DNA of 62,581 nucleotides, the filler included. It is 4 parts of 4 records of this genome, joined end to end, with 100 filler letters (N's around TTAATTAATTAA, not from the genome) between each part and the next. Parts side by side here need not be neighbours in the genome. Positions count along the whole stretch, not along the records: positions 1 to 25,582 come from SRR20825019_1513; 3 more parts are not named here. One strand, 5' to 3'. Each line of letters starts with the position of its first letter. Position 1 is the stretch's first letter. Of the stretch, positions 12,795 through 24,999 are shown piece after piece. Position numbers and translations under genes: made by a program. The notes below the pieces were generated by a model that was not told the origin of the DNA, ran no database searches, and worked only from the letters and a program-made list of their open reading frames with translations.

Positions 12795-13946
12795 ATGGCG
12801 CCGAGTGGGCCCAGAGCTGCTAGAATGGTGAGACGACACAGCTTGTCGGCCTTAAATGACGTTAGCAAGGGTGAAGGATATGAAGGATTGGTGCCCTCGG
12901 CTCCAAAATCACCCAAAATTCCGAGCGGGAAGACGAATCAAGAGACCTCCAATGGACAGTCTTTAGTTGCACGGGCGGGGCTTCGGAGTTTCGAGTGTAG
13001 TGAGTTGAACGAGACAGGCAATACTTTGCAACGTACACCGACGTCTCGGACAAGGCAAGGATCAGTTCCAGTGTCGTATCAGTGTGGATTTTGCCAACAC
13101 TGGAGGGTTGGAAAGTTTACGGTAGGACCTACTGGCAATAAGTACTGTGGATCAGAGTGTTTGGTGCAGTCTTCCATACCAGACGAAGACAGTGATCAAC
13201 CGAAAAATAGCAAAGCTTTTAGAAAAGATCTTGCCAGTATGTTGTGGGCATGGCTGAGTACAACGGAATGGTGCAAAGACTTGTTTACAAAGAACAAGAC
13301 TTCAATGGGCCCAGTGGTTGCGGACAGGAGCTCCGGCACGATAGAGAAAATTGAGAGAATTGAGCCAATTATAGAAGCCTATGGCAATCCGATTCATATT
13401 AACGCAAAGGGAGTGAACAAAATTCCATCAATTGCACCGTCTACCAGTAGTGCAACTGTGGCACGGACCTCGAATGGTAGCAGTAACTCAACGAGTAGGA
13501 GGATGTCTGTGCAGCTGCTTGGGATGCCCACTTCCGCTATGAACTCTGTGGGTCATGCTGGAGGTCAGGCTGAGATGTCAACCTCACCGACAGGGGGATT
13601 TAGCCCCCAATCTCCTTATAGAGGAAATCTGAGCCCATCCCCTCCTCCCGCGGCTTCACTGAAACCTTTCAACATATTGAATTTGCAGAGGGTGAACTCT
13701 GGTAGAAGACACTCATTGTCCACACTGTCTCCGGTTGCCAAAACACCAATCGAAGAAAATGACATAGTGGGAGGAAATGATGCTAGCCCTCTTCGCCGTG
13801 GTCGTTCACTTGGTGGAAAGTTCATCCTGAACGAACTAGAGAAAGAGGCCCGATCCCCTTCCAGTGAACGTCGTCATATGAAAAGAGAGGTCCCAGCTGG
13901 TCTGAGAAGCCCAGTTGCTGACGATAGCAACACAGTTGCTAAGTGA
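12795..13946 (+). CDS. Ser/Pro-rich, largely disordered protein with one CX2C...YCXXXC (TRASH/MYM/FCS-like) zinc finger
   Basis: 383-aa uninterrupted ORF; CGFC-x16-YCGSEC at 13083-13160; several RRxS-type motifs. Confidence 0.65.
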   Translation: MAPSGPRAARMVRRHSLSALNDVSKGEGYEGLVPSAPKSPKIPSGKTNQETSNGQSLVARAGLRSFECSELNETGNTLQRTPTSRTRQGSVPVSYQCGFCQHWRVGKFTVGPTGNKYCGSECLVQSSIPDEDSDQPKNSKAFRKDLASMLWAWLSTTEWCKDLFTKNKTSMGPVVADRSSGTIEKIERIEPIIEAYGNPIHINAKGVNKIPSIAPSTSSATVARTSNGSSNSTSRRMSVQLLGMPTSAMNSVGHAGGQAEMSTSPTGGFSPQSPYRGNLSPSPPPAASLKPFNILNLQRVNSGRRHSLSTLSPVAKTPIEENDIVGGNDASPLRRGRSLGGKFILNELEKEARSPSSERRHMKREVPAGLRSPVADDSNTVAK

Positions 13947-13954
13947 AGATATGT

Positions 13955-13976
13955 ATAGTAGTAGTAGTAGTAGTAG
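13955..13976 (+). repeat. (TAG)n microsatellite
   Basis: About seven TAG units just after the stop codon at 13946. Confidence 0.85.
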
Positions 13977-14176
13977 TGGTATTCAGCTTCCAATGGGGGT
14001 GTGCCCCCCTTATGGTGGTGCATTGCGCATTTGGTGGACGTGCCCACTTTTCCTTGTCGGATTAGTGGAAACCACGAGCCGCGATCATTCGTCCAGGGCG
14101 CTGCACCCAAGCAGATAATAAATCTTCGTTGCTGACACCCCGAGTCTGTCGCAACAACCACTTTCTGTAAGTTTAT

Positions 14177-15055
14177 TTAGAGCATACCTGCTTGTTGTAA
14201 CTTTCCAGTCAATGACTGAATCTTGCTGTCCTTCAGCCTTACCAGCTGTTCTAGTTTCTTGATCTTGACTTCTAGAATCTGTATAGCCAACCTTTTTTTG
14301 AGAATGCGATCGTCCAATTATATACATACAACACAAACCTCAATCGTCTCCTTAAGTTCTTGTATAGTTTGCTCCTTCTCCACAAGAATCTCAGTATCAA
14401 CATCCTTTTGCAACAGAGAATGGTGTTCCGTATGGGATCTGGTGATGATCCTATCAGTCCATCATGATCGAACTTCTCTCACCAGTGCATACCTTGGTGC
14501 GGGCCTTCCAACATTAGTGGGAGGGTAGTTTGCCTGACCTGTCACGGGAAGGTCCTGCTGAGGCGGCCCTTGATGAGGCGCCGGTGCCTTCCTTGGCTGG
14601 CTCTGATCAGGTGGGGGGCGGCTTGACAACCTCGGCTGAAGAGATCTCAACACCCTCTCTACGGCACCGGGCTTACAAGCTGCAACGTCTTCAATATCCC
14701 CCTTTGCTATCTGAAGCCCAAGACGCTTTAAAACTTTCTCTGCGGAAAAACATGTCAACACTCAGCAGTACCTAAAGTGCCACCAGTTCACTGACGATTA
14801 AGCGTATTCCAATTATATAGTTTCTGCTGTGTCGAGTGTGCGGCACTGTAGTTGTGCAGTTCAACTAGTTTGGGATGGTAGTGCTTCACGATTTCAGCAA
14901 GCAACACTATGGCAGAAAGGTTAAGCACGTGCAACAATATAACGTTAAGAGAAAGTACCTCCATCTGCAAAGTCCCGAGCAATGTTTCTTTTAGGCCGAG
15001 AGAGTGGGACAGTGTCCACCCACTCATACAGCCTTTGCATTTCTTCATCGTCCAT
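14177..15055 (-). CDS. SPEF1: Sperm flagellar protein 1 / CLAMP homologue (CH-like domain plus C-terminal coiled coil), multi-exon
   Basis: Spliced translation MDDEEMQRLYEWVDTVPLSRPKRNIARDFADG/VLLAEIVKHYHPKLVELHNYSAAHSTQQKLYNWNTLN/..KVLKRLG... and C-terminal EKEQTIQELKETIE/ILEVKIKKLEQLVRLKDSKI, both diagnostic for SPEF1. Confidence 0.92.
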
Positions 15056-15169
15056 ATTTGTGCTGCTAGGCTAGAAAGCAGTCCTGAATATATATGCATG
15101 AACAAAGCCATATTTGTGCCAAGAGCCACGAGTCTCACAATATCCTAGACTAGAACTGGGACCTCCCCA

Positions 15170-15545
15170 TGTGTGGCCAGCACCGGCCCCGTGCGGCCAG
15201 ACAGTCCCTCACTCAACGCTCCCGACGCGCAGCCAGCGGATACCGGTGGCTGGACCCTTCCACACGAAGTTGAGTCGCCACCGAGACCGCGCCGCCCGAG
15301 CAGCCGGCCGGCCGGAGCGCGCGGCACAGGCCTGCGAGCACGACTGCGACCGGACGCGCTGGCCGACGCGGGCGGAGGTGGTGCACGAGAAGTGCACGCA
15401 TACGATGGGGGGAACCCGGCCCTGCCGCCGGGGCCGGGCCGCGCGTGTCAGTGGTGTACACCGCCGGAGGGTGGCTGGGCGCTGCTGCCCGTGCCGGCGT
15501 GGCCGGGCCGCGCACGGGCCACAACGGCGCGCGGCCGGACGAGAT
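15170..15545. promoter_or_regulatory. GC/CpG-rich island, putative bidirectional promoter
   Basis: Lies between divergent starts at 15055 (-) and 15932 (+). Confidence 0.55.
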
Positions 15546-15931
15546 TGGACGTTATGAAGGTGAGCATGACAGCAACACCCAGATCAGTAGTCACAATTTG
15601 ACCTCATGTTGTCGATTTTACTCCTAACCGTAATAAATACAAAACTTTCACATCCGAAAAAAAAAAAATGTCAGTCACAATTTGGTTAAACGGATAGGCC
15701 CACTCATCAGCTGCTTGATCTCACGGCAATCTCGCTAGAACTCATGACCACTGAGAGAGTGCACTGTCATCCAACTCCGCGGAACTCACCACGAGTTTGT
15801 TGGCCGGTGAACTCAGACCAGTTTTCACTCACATATTGTCGGGACAGGGCCGGCACTGATGTGTCATAACTCCTCTCATACTATACAAGTATTCAGTACT
15901 CCCAGTCTGTACAGACTCGTGACGAGAAAAC

Positions 15932-18462
15932 ATGGGTGTCGACGACGGGCAGGGAGACGAGGCGGACTGGATGGTTGGATGGAAAACGCAAAAGATGCCT
16001 CATGGGGTGGAAAACAATGATGACGCGTTCCCGACTCCAGAACGCGGAGTGATGACCCCGCCCGGTGACTATGGCCCTCCTCCCACATCAGATCAGGTTC
16101 GCGTCTTGATGAGCAAGCATAGGCCTCGAAGAGAGAAGCATCCTGACGCTACCATCGACGAAGACATCGAAGAAGTAGAAGATGCTATGTGGTAACTATT
16201 CTGGTCCAGAGATATTTACTGGTATACGAGTCTAATCTTCTCTTGTTTACAGCCAACTAAATGAGTTTGAGCAGCGTCTTGCACGCAAAAGTTTCGACTT
16301 TGCCCGGACTATGCTTGATACAAGGGACGTGCCAGCCATGACACCCCTACCACACAATCCACGCCACAGGCCGAACATGTACGCCCGCCCAGTGGCGACT
16401 CCAATCATCTTGCGGAGCTCGCCCACCCCGAATGATGATACGCGGGAGCGGAACATGGAAAGAGCTGTCTTCACAATAGCTCACTTGGGTGACGTATCAT
16501 CTTGTTATGAATATCCCAAAGAGCCAGTTGGGGGAGTAGCACGGTTTGCCGGTTTTCTGAAGAGCATTAATCCGTCTCAATTTGGCAAGAGCAGGGGAAA
16601 TACGCAAGATGAGCGGGGGAAGCCATTCTTGTTTTTCACGGGAAATGCGTACTCAGGAGGCGATGGAGAATCTAACATCATTTCGCGAGGCCACGATGCA
16701 GTAGAATACATGAACGCCATGGGGGTTGATGCGGCTGTGCCTGGTGTCCATGACTTTGCCTATGGAGTAGATCACTTTTCCATGCTTGCATCCAAGTGCC
16801 AGTTTCCATGGCTTCTATCAAACGTATTGGATCGCGCGACCAAGCAACCTTTGAAGAATACCCATCGAAGTGTCATATTCGAAGTATCAGATCGCTTGAA
16901 AATCGGGGTGATGGGACTGGTAGACTCGGATTGGTTGTTGAGCGTTGACAAGTTGCCAAAATCGGTGGCATGCATCGATTGTGTGCAAGAAGCGCAAACC
17001 CAAGTTGCAGAGTTGAGAAATCAGGGGTGCAATGTGAGATTGAGCACTAGTGTTGGCATTTTCATCGCTAACGTTTCCATGTTCTTCAGGCTATTGTTGC
17101 GCTAACAAATGTGAAAGGAACGATAGAAAAGCGGTTGTGCGAGGTGCAAGGAATAACTATCATTTTGGTAAGATGGCCAGAAGCATGATAGGTGCATGGC
17201 TGATGTGACGGTCTTCAGGGCCGATTTGATAAGAAGTATGGCATTGAAGTTCTCAAGAACACGACGCTGGTAAAAGGAGGCCAGGGATTCAGACAGTTTA
17301 CACTGGCTCGAGTAGTGCTAAACGCAATGCAGTCTATCCCCCCTCGGGTGACTACACATCGATGCGATGTCGGACGCACACAAATAGAACATGACGAAGT
17401 GAAGACACTTGTGTCCAAGTGGCAAGGTCGATTCAAAACCAAACAGTATAACATGATAGGGAATGTTGGAGAAAGCTTGGATATCCGAAATGAAACCTTA
17501 GGGCGCCGATGTACCAACTTTGGCAACTTGGTTGCCGATGTTGCTCGAAAATCAACCCGGTCTGAAGTAGCACTCATCTCTGCGTCGTCCTTCAAGATGA
17601 ATGGGGTTCTTCCTCGGGGGAGATTGAGGTGTGAGAATTCGTATTGTGTGCTGCTTGCTTGCTGACAAGTGTGTCCGAATCCAGCACACATGAGCTCCTG
17701 CAAATGTTTCGTATGGACGACACGCTGGTTGTGATACATATTGACGGAGAAAGACTTAAGGCGGCTCTAAACCATGGAGTGGAATCTTTCCCAAATTCTT
17801 CGAAAAGTTTCCTTCAGGTTTCTGGAATATCTTACAGCTTTGATTCCACACACCCTAAAGGACACAAGATCCAAAATATCATGGTGGGTGATGAGCCACT
17901 GGCCGATGATGTGATGTACCGAGTGGCCACAATGGCATCAATGGCATGCGACGGAGAGAATGGATTTAGAATTCTGTACTGCCCTACTTTTTTGAGACCA
18001 AGGACAGAATGCCCGAACTTAGCGACGATGATGCGGGCATACTTTCGCGGGGTAAGCAAATTTGACGGATTCTTGTGTGGTGATGACTAATACAGAGGCT
18101 ATTAGCTCAAGAATGTGTCGAGGGTGGAGGATAAGGATGGAGTCAAGTTGAAGCGAGTAGAATATTTGAGAATCAAGGGCGTAACCGATAAGAGGATTTT
18201 ACAGACAGGAGGACCAAAACCACTTCCCACAACCCGGATTATTGATCAGTCGCCTGTCAAGGTTTGTCATGTTTGGCTGGGTTAACTAATAGCTTATGTG
18301 TGCTATTTCTAGGCTCGCAAAGCAACTGACCCTATCGAGGATTCTCGCGCGAAGCTGCAGGCAAATGTCGAAATTGTCGAACAGTACATCTCTGGGAAAG
18401 TTACAGAAGACTATTTATTCCATAAGGATTCTAGACCTAATTCTGAAGCCGACGTGGCATGA
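15932..18462 (+). CDS. 5'-nucleotidase/apyrase-family protein (metallophosphoesterase plus 5'-NT C-terminal domain), metal ligands degenerate, multi-exon
   Basis: Motifs EPVGGVARF, MNAMGVDAAVPGVHDF, FPWLLSNV, KIGVMGLV, TNFGNLVAD, FLQVSGISYSFD, YRVAT. Last exon ends ...EADVA* (TGA 18460-18462). Confidence 0.85.
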
Positions 18463-18482
18463 TAAATAGTGCACGACATCAT

Positions 18483-21400
18483 CTAAGGACTGGGCATATG
18501 TTTGACACTTAATCGCGATAGTACACTCTCTCCCGCTATGGCCTTCAGCTCACTGATAGTTCCTGCAAGCTGGCGCTTGATCTTTTTGTTATCCTCTTCC
18601 AGCTGCGAAACAATGGATGAAGACATTCCTCCTGCTCGCTGAACTGCTCGATCAATGTCAAATTGCGCGGGTGGAGGTGAAACCATTCGTCTTTCGGGCA
18701 CCGGACTCTCACTCCTTGCAGGAGAATTATTACGCACTTGCCGAGGATAGAAGCTCTGGGGAACAGCGGCGGCGGCCCTGTGACTCTTTCGTGCATGGGG
18801 AGATGGCCGGCTTAGCGGAGATGGTTGAGGAGCTGTCTTGGCTTTGTGTCTGTCTTCCGACCATGCCAACTCTGACACTGTCATGTGTGCCGGGCGCAGA
18901 GGCGATCTACCATCCCGTCGTGGAGAAGCAAATGTAGCAGAAATATTGCTGATCTCATCTTGGAGTACCGCGGACAAATGGGCCCGGGAACTCTCCTCGC
19001 TTATCGTGCGATCAAGCTCGACTCTTCTGAAATCACGCAGCTCTGCACGCAATCGATCTATTTCAAATGTCGAATTCTCTGTCTCGAGGAGCTCATGGCG
19101 CAATGCATCTGCCGCCTTGCTTAGCGTCACACGGACATCCCCCACAAGAGTGCCCTCAAGAGCAGGAGAAGTCAGTCCGCACTGCCGGACCAAGGCAAGA
19201 ACCTCGCTGCCTTCTCGCTTCATCACCATATCAAGTTCCCCGCGGATGTGTTGCAACTCGTTTGTTGACAGCACCAGGGAATCCTGGCCCTCCCGAAGTC
19301 TATCATTCTCGGCACGCAACGAGTTGTTCGACTGCTCAAGAGCAACAATCTCGTTGCTGATGACTTTGTTCTGCTCCTCCAACAATTGAATGCCACTCAC
19401 CGCCCGGCGCGATGCTTCGCCAGTCCGCTCATTCTCACTGATCAGATGATTCTTCTCCTCGGATTCTCGATATACAATATCGCTCCCAGTTTTGAATGCA
19501 ATCCTTGCTCTTCGCACCTGATCAATGCTCCTAATTATAGTACTATTCGTATCCCCTGAAAGTTCCAGTCCATCGACTGCACGGACTGTTCTGTCCAATT
19601 TCCGGAGGTTGTTTTGGAATTCCCTACGAAAAATTAATGAGACACCCACACAATACACTTTTGCACTGAATCACACGTCGATCATACCTTGCATCTCCGT
19701 CCATATCTGCTATCTCCTCGGTAAGTCCATACACATTCTGGTGATCCATCATGATAATGCGAATAGTGGAAAGTACGGCGTCGGCCTTGTCGATACAATC
19801 CTGAACAACGGCAACTTCCCCTTCGAGCGCCTGTACTGGGGATACTGATCTTCCGCGTCTAATCGGGGAAGCAGATCCTTCCCTACGAGCCTTTGAGGGA
19901 GAGCGGGATTGCGCAGAGAAACGACTGCTCGAACTCACCAGTTCGGCCAACCTTTGCATCTCATGATGTAATGACTTGATTCCACCCCGTCTCGTTAGGT
20001 CGTCTGCACGACGCTTTTCCAGCTCCTGGGTCAGTTCAAGTTTTTCATCACGAAGAGAGTCGCACAGGTCCTTCTTAGATAAGAGGGTCTGCCTGGCATC
20101 GACAAGAACATGGTGATACCGGCGAACACTATGAGCAGTAATTTTGCCACCGCTTGTGGGTAGACTATCTCCAAGGCTAGACGCAAGCCTTGTCATCTCC
20201 TCCTCTAAATATTTCAGCTCGGACAAAAGAGCGGCAGATTCTTCTACGGCGGCTTCGGCATTGGTTCTTGCCGCCTCAAGGGATCCCCGCTGCTCCCGGA
20301 GCATTCCTAGCTCACTCTGTGCATCTGCAAGCTCATCCGACAGAACACGCTTGGCCGATTCAAGACTTTGCACCTTTTTCTGGAGTGTCCCAGTATCCTC
20401 AAAAGACCCATCGCTAATCGTTGTGGCATGTAGATAGTGAAGCGCCCCACGAAGCTCCATCATGACTGAGTTGATGTCTCGAAGAACGGCGGCCTCAATG
20501 TGCTGTTCATTTGAGCTCAAAGCAGGGGGGCCTTTCACTACATCTTGGGTGCGTCTACCCAGGTCCAACCGATTCAAGTAGATTCTGCTCTTATCAGCCT
20601 CTTCTTTTACAAGCTCCAGCTCTCTACGAAGCGCACGAAGATCTTCCTCCGCTCGTATTCCAGAAAAAGATCCGTGGGGGCCATTCGATGACGCTAGATG
20701 CTCTGCCAAGGCCTGTTTTTCAGATTTCAGCGCCCCAAGTCGATCTTCCAAAAGTTTCTCACGATCAAGAGCCTCGGTCGCTTCCACTTGACTTGTGCGA
20801 AGAAGTGCGGTCAGTCTGGCATTCTCGGCTTCTAACTCTGCTTCTCTAGCACCCTTTTCTCTGGCCTCATTCCGCTGTGCATTCTGCAAGTATAGGACTT
20901 GATTCTCGAGGGCCTGGACACGCACTGCTTCCCTGTCGCCTCGTTCGGTCTCACCTTGAAGCTTCAGCTCAAGTTCCGTGCTCCTCTCGGTAAGCCGTTG
21001 CACTTCATTCTTAGTGCTGTCCAGCTCTTTTTGGCTCCATTGAATCTCACCTCGGGCTGCATTCTCTCGTACTTTGGCCTCTTCTTTGATGCTAGACACA
21101 GCGCCGATGCTTAGTGGAAGAGACTGGGCTTTTAGGGTGTTTGTAAGCTCACGAGCAAAGTCAATGGCTGTGAGAAGGACCAACTGTATGTTTTCAATAG
21201 GTTCGACACGGTCCGTCGATCCTGATGGACGTCTGTCCCATTCCTCCAGCACCCTTGCAAGCTCGCCTGCTTCCTTTGCACTTAGTCGGCTGAAAGCACC
21301 AAGCTGGCGATGCAAGGCGGCATTCTCCTGCTCCAACTCACTAATAGCTGACTCGTATTTTCCTCGCATGTCCGCAAGGCCGCCAGTAAGATCCTGAAGT

Positions 21401-24400
21401 TCCGCCTCGTATGCTTTCTTACTTTTGGTATATCCCGCCTGCAGTGTTTCATGCTCTTTGACAGCCTGAGAATACTTAGCAAGATGAGCCGACAAGTCCT
21501 CCTGAGAGGAATCCAACTTGCTTTCAAGCCTTCCCTTCTCCTGCTCCAACTCTTTTACCCGCTCACGAAGATACCGCAACTCTGCCGAAACCTCCTTTTT
21601 CTGTTTCTCTGTTTCACTAGACATCTGCGACAAGTTCCCTTTTTCATTCTGAAGCTCTATAATCTCAGCTTCCAGATCCTTGATCTTCATGTCTCTTGCT
21701 TCGAGTTCATGTTTTCGATCTATTTCATCCGATTTCTTCGCCTGAGCCATAGCCTCTACTCGTGCGGCAGCACCATCAGCAATGCTTTCCGCTTGCTTCA
21801 GCTTGATTTCCTTGTCATTCAATGAATCCTTAACTTTTACCAATGCATCAGTCTTGGTCGCAAGCTCTGACAGCGCTTGTTCAAGTTCACGACCGCGTGA
21901 CGTCTCCTTAGCTTCATAGGACGCTTCCAATTCTTCCAACGTTTTCTTTGCCTTATCCAACTCGGCCAGAGTAGTCGTAAGGTCTTTCTCGGTCTGAATC
22001 AGTTTGCTCTGTGCCCCATTGAATTCTCTTCGCTGGTTTTCAACTTCTCGTTTGCTCGAGTCTAGTTCCATTCTTATCTGATCCAATTCCTTTCTTGCAG
22101 CATCAAGTTCTTCAGACAGTCTCTCTGCATTCCCACGACCGCGGTTGTTTTCTACATTCTTGATGGAGTTTTCCAAGTCTTGTTGCATATCGCTGACTGT
22201 ATTCCGAAGCTTCTGCGCGACTTCCTCAGCAGCCTGCTTCTCTGCATTCGCCCTGGAAACTTCAGTCCCCATTGATGCCACCTGATCCTTGAGTTTCGCG
22301 ACTTCTCCTTCAAGATGTTTGACTAATTTGCTATCCGCCGCAGATGAAGTACCGCCCGCCTTTGTCTGAACTAACAATCTATCTCTTTCTTCTTCAACCT
22401 CCTCACACTTTTCAGCTACACATTTCAATGATTCAGAGAGTTCCCTTGTCTCCTTCTGCAATGATGTATATTTTGCTTCCATTGCCAACATCTGCTGTTT
22501 CATCATGCTGTTTTCGCGCTCCAGAGCATGAAGTGTTTTGCTATCCTGTCCTGAAGAAGCGATCCCTTCTTGACCACGTCGACCACTGGATGTATCAGCC
22601 ACGAATGTTCTTGCATTGGAAACCACACTAGTTAGATAGCGGATCCGTAAATCATTCCAATCTCCATCTCCAAGGCTTGCGATACTGCTGCGCCGGTCTT
22701 CAACCGACTTCTCTTTGAACCCGAGTGCCTTCATTTCTTCGGCTAGTTTCGTGACTTCTGTCTCCAAGCCCTCAATAGATGCAGGAAGCGCCCCTTCACC
22801 CTGGCTCCGATAAAACTCAATCTCCTTTTCCAATTCTGAAATCGTTGCCAGCAACTGATCCAAGAATTCAACCTGGAACTCTATGCTGGTAATATTCTCG
22901 CCAATGGAGCCTTGACGAATCATTCGAGCCTTGTTTACCACCGGGCTATTAGATACTATGGACCGAGTTGAATCGGGCGTGTTGTCGGGTTGAGGGGTCT
23001 GATACGAAGAGGGACTGCCAACATCCCTCATACCAGGCACTGCCTCATCTGCCGCATCGATATCTAGTCCTTCTGACATGAATGAAGAAATGCTTCCTGC
23101 GGACCCCTTCTTGTTCATAGATGCAGGAAGAGTGTGGACACTGATGAAATCAGTCGGAATATCAAAGGCGCCCTGCTTGGCGGAAGAGATATTCTTGTGC
23201 ACTGGCTGTCCATGAACACTATGATATCCGGATGATCTAGTTTCAATTCCAACAAAATCAGTAGAAAAACCACTGAGCTGACTCTCGCTTCGATTGTCAT
23301 CGGGTGGCGGTGCAACATCAGATACAACGCTCTCTTTCTCCGGTGGCTCGCTGAATTCCAGCCGCACAATCTTCATCTTCTTTCTAGCGGAATGTCCACG
23401 ATACGTTGACTGAATCCTTACCGCACTCCGACGAGCAGTTTGAAACTCACGACGGGCTGTCATGCCCCTATAGCCTGCCTGAATCTTACCAGCAGATTTG
23501 TGCATCACCTTCACTTCCCGCCTGGCAGCCATTCCTCGATAACCGGCCTGAATCTTCTTGGCGGCATAGGCATCATCGGTTTTCTCTTTTTTCGTATCTG
23601 ATGAACCTGCAAAACCAAAACTAGGAGCAGAAAATGAGTTGTCGTCCCAGCCCAAGTCGAAAGGATCCTCCTCCTCTGCTACGACCTGCTTCGGCTCCCC
23701 GCCCTTCTTCCTTGTTGCGGTTTTTGACGGTTCAGTGAATGCTGGGACATCAAATGCTGTCTCGAACTTTGCGTCAAACGCGTCAGCCTGTGCCCCTTTC
23801 ACGTGAACAGAAGCAGGAGGAGATGCTAAGGGAGCTGCTGACTGCATAGATATTGGCGGTGTTACAAGAGGCCCATCAAAGGTAAAATTGTCGAAATTTG
23901 CGTCGAACGGATCATCTTTCCCAAAGGCAGCCCCAAAGCCACCACTACTATCGGATCCCTTGGCGCTTGGGGTTGGGGATGACTGAGGCTCTTTCCTTTC
24001 GGGAACGGCTTTCTCTGCCCTTTTTTCAACGGGGCTTGAATCAAACGAGGCATCAAATGCCGGTGCGTCGAACGAAAACGAGCCGAAGTCTGCCGCAAAT
24101 GGATCTCCTTTCTTTGCGTCAGACTTGACTGATTCCTTCGGGGCAGCCACTGGTGGGCTCTGTTGTTTACCGTCGGCTTTAGTGTCTATTGTGGGCACAT
24201 CAAATGACACAGCGAATGGATCATCCCCGTCGCCACCCCCAAATACATTGTCATCAAACCAACTCTCTCTCCTCTTGTTTTCAGACTTTTTCTGCTGTAG
24301 CCCACCACCCTCACCTCCGGCACCGCCAACATCAAACGAGGGTGCAGCGAATTCACCACGCGGAGTGTGGAAATCAGAACCGGAGCTAGTGGCCTTCTTC

Positions 24401-24912
24401 AGTGGTGATGGTGTAGGAGGCTTCTTGGAGGGCGGACTTGATGACTCAAAGTCGAATGAAGGCGCTGAAAACCCATCTGCACTCGGCTTGCTTTCTCCTT
24501 CTGATTCTGTGCCCTTCCCAAAGTCAGGCATAGAGAACGTCATGTCTCCAAAATCAGGAGCGGCAAATCCTCCGACACTAGTCTCGTCGTCCATCCTCGA
24601 GGGTGATCTTGACGTAGCAGGAGACATAGATACCATTGGAGTGAGAAAACCGTCGTCATCTCCAGATAAGCTGTCAACCCTTGCTCTCTGCAAGTCCCCA
24701 GATGGTCTCGATTCTGGGGATATGCTATTCTTTTCTAGCATTGCTGACATTTGGGCACGCAACTTCGCCTTCTTTCTTGCATATGTGTCCTTGGACATGG
24801 GAGCATCGATTCCCCCAGAGCTAGATCCACGCATCGCTTTGGCCGCGGCCGCTGCAGACTCCGCATCCAGCGAGGGATCAATCCCCTCAAGGGAGCTTCT
24901 TTTATCAGTCAT
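18483..24912 (-). CDS. About 2,121-aa protein: acidic/Phe-motif N-terminus, three IQ motifs, very long coiled coil
   Basis: Likely ATG at 24912 (MTDKRSSLEG). One intron (19624-19687, GTATGA...CGTAG) joins ORFs 19624-25323 and 18483-19658 in frame. IQ motifs KIQAGYRGMAARR, KIQAGYRGMTARR and RIQSTYRGHSARK. Confidence 0.8.
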
Positions 24913-24999
24913 TATTTCGTACTGATATGAAGAGCTGCAGGTCCAGTACTGCACACATGCGCACATGGCAGTTATATACGGTGTTCGTGTAGTCAGAGT

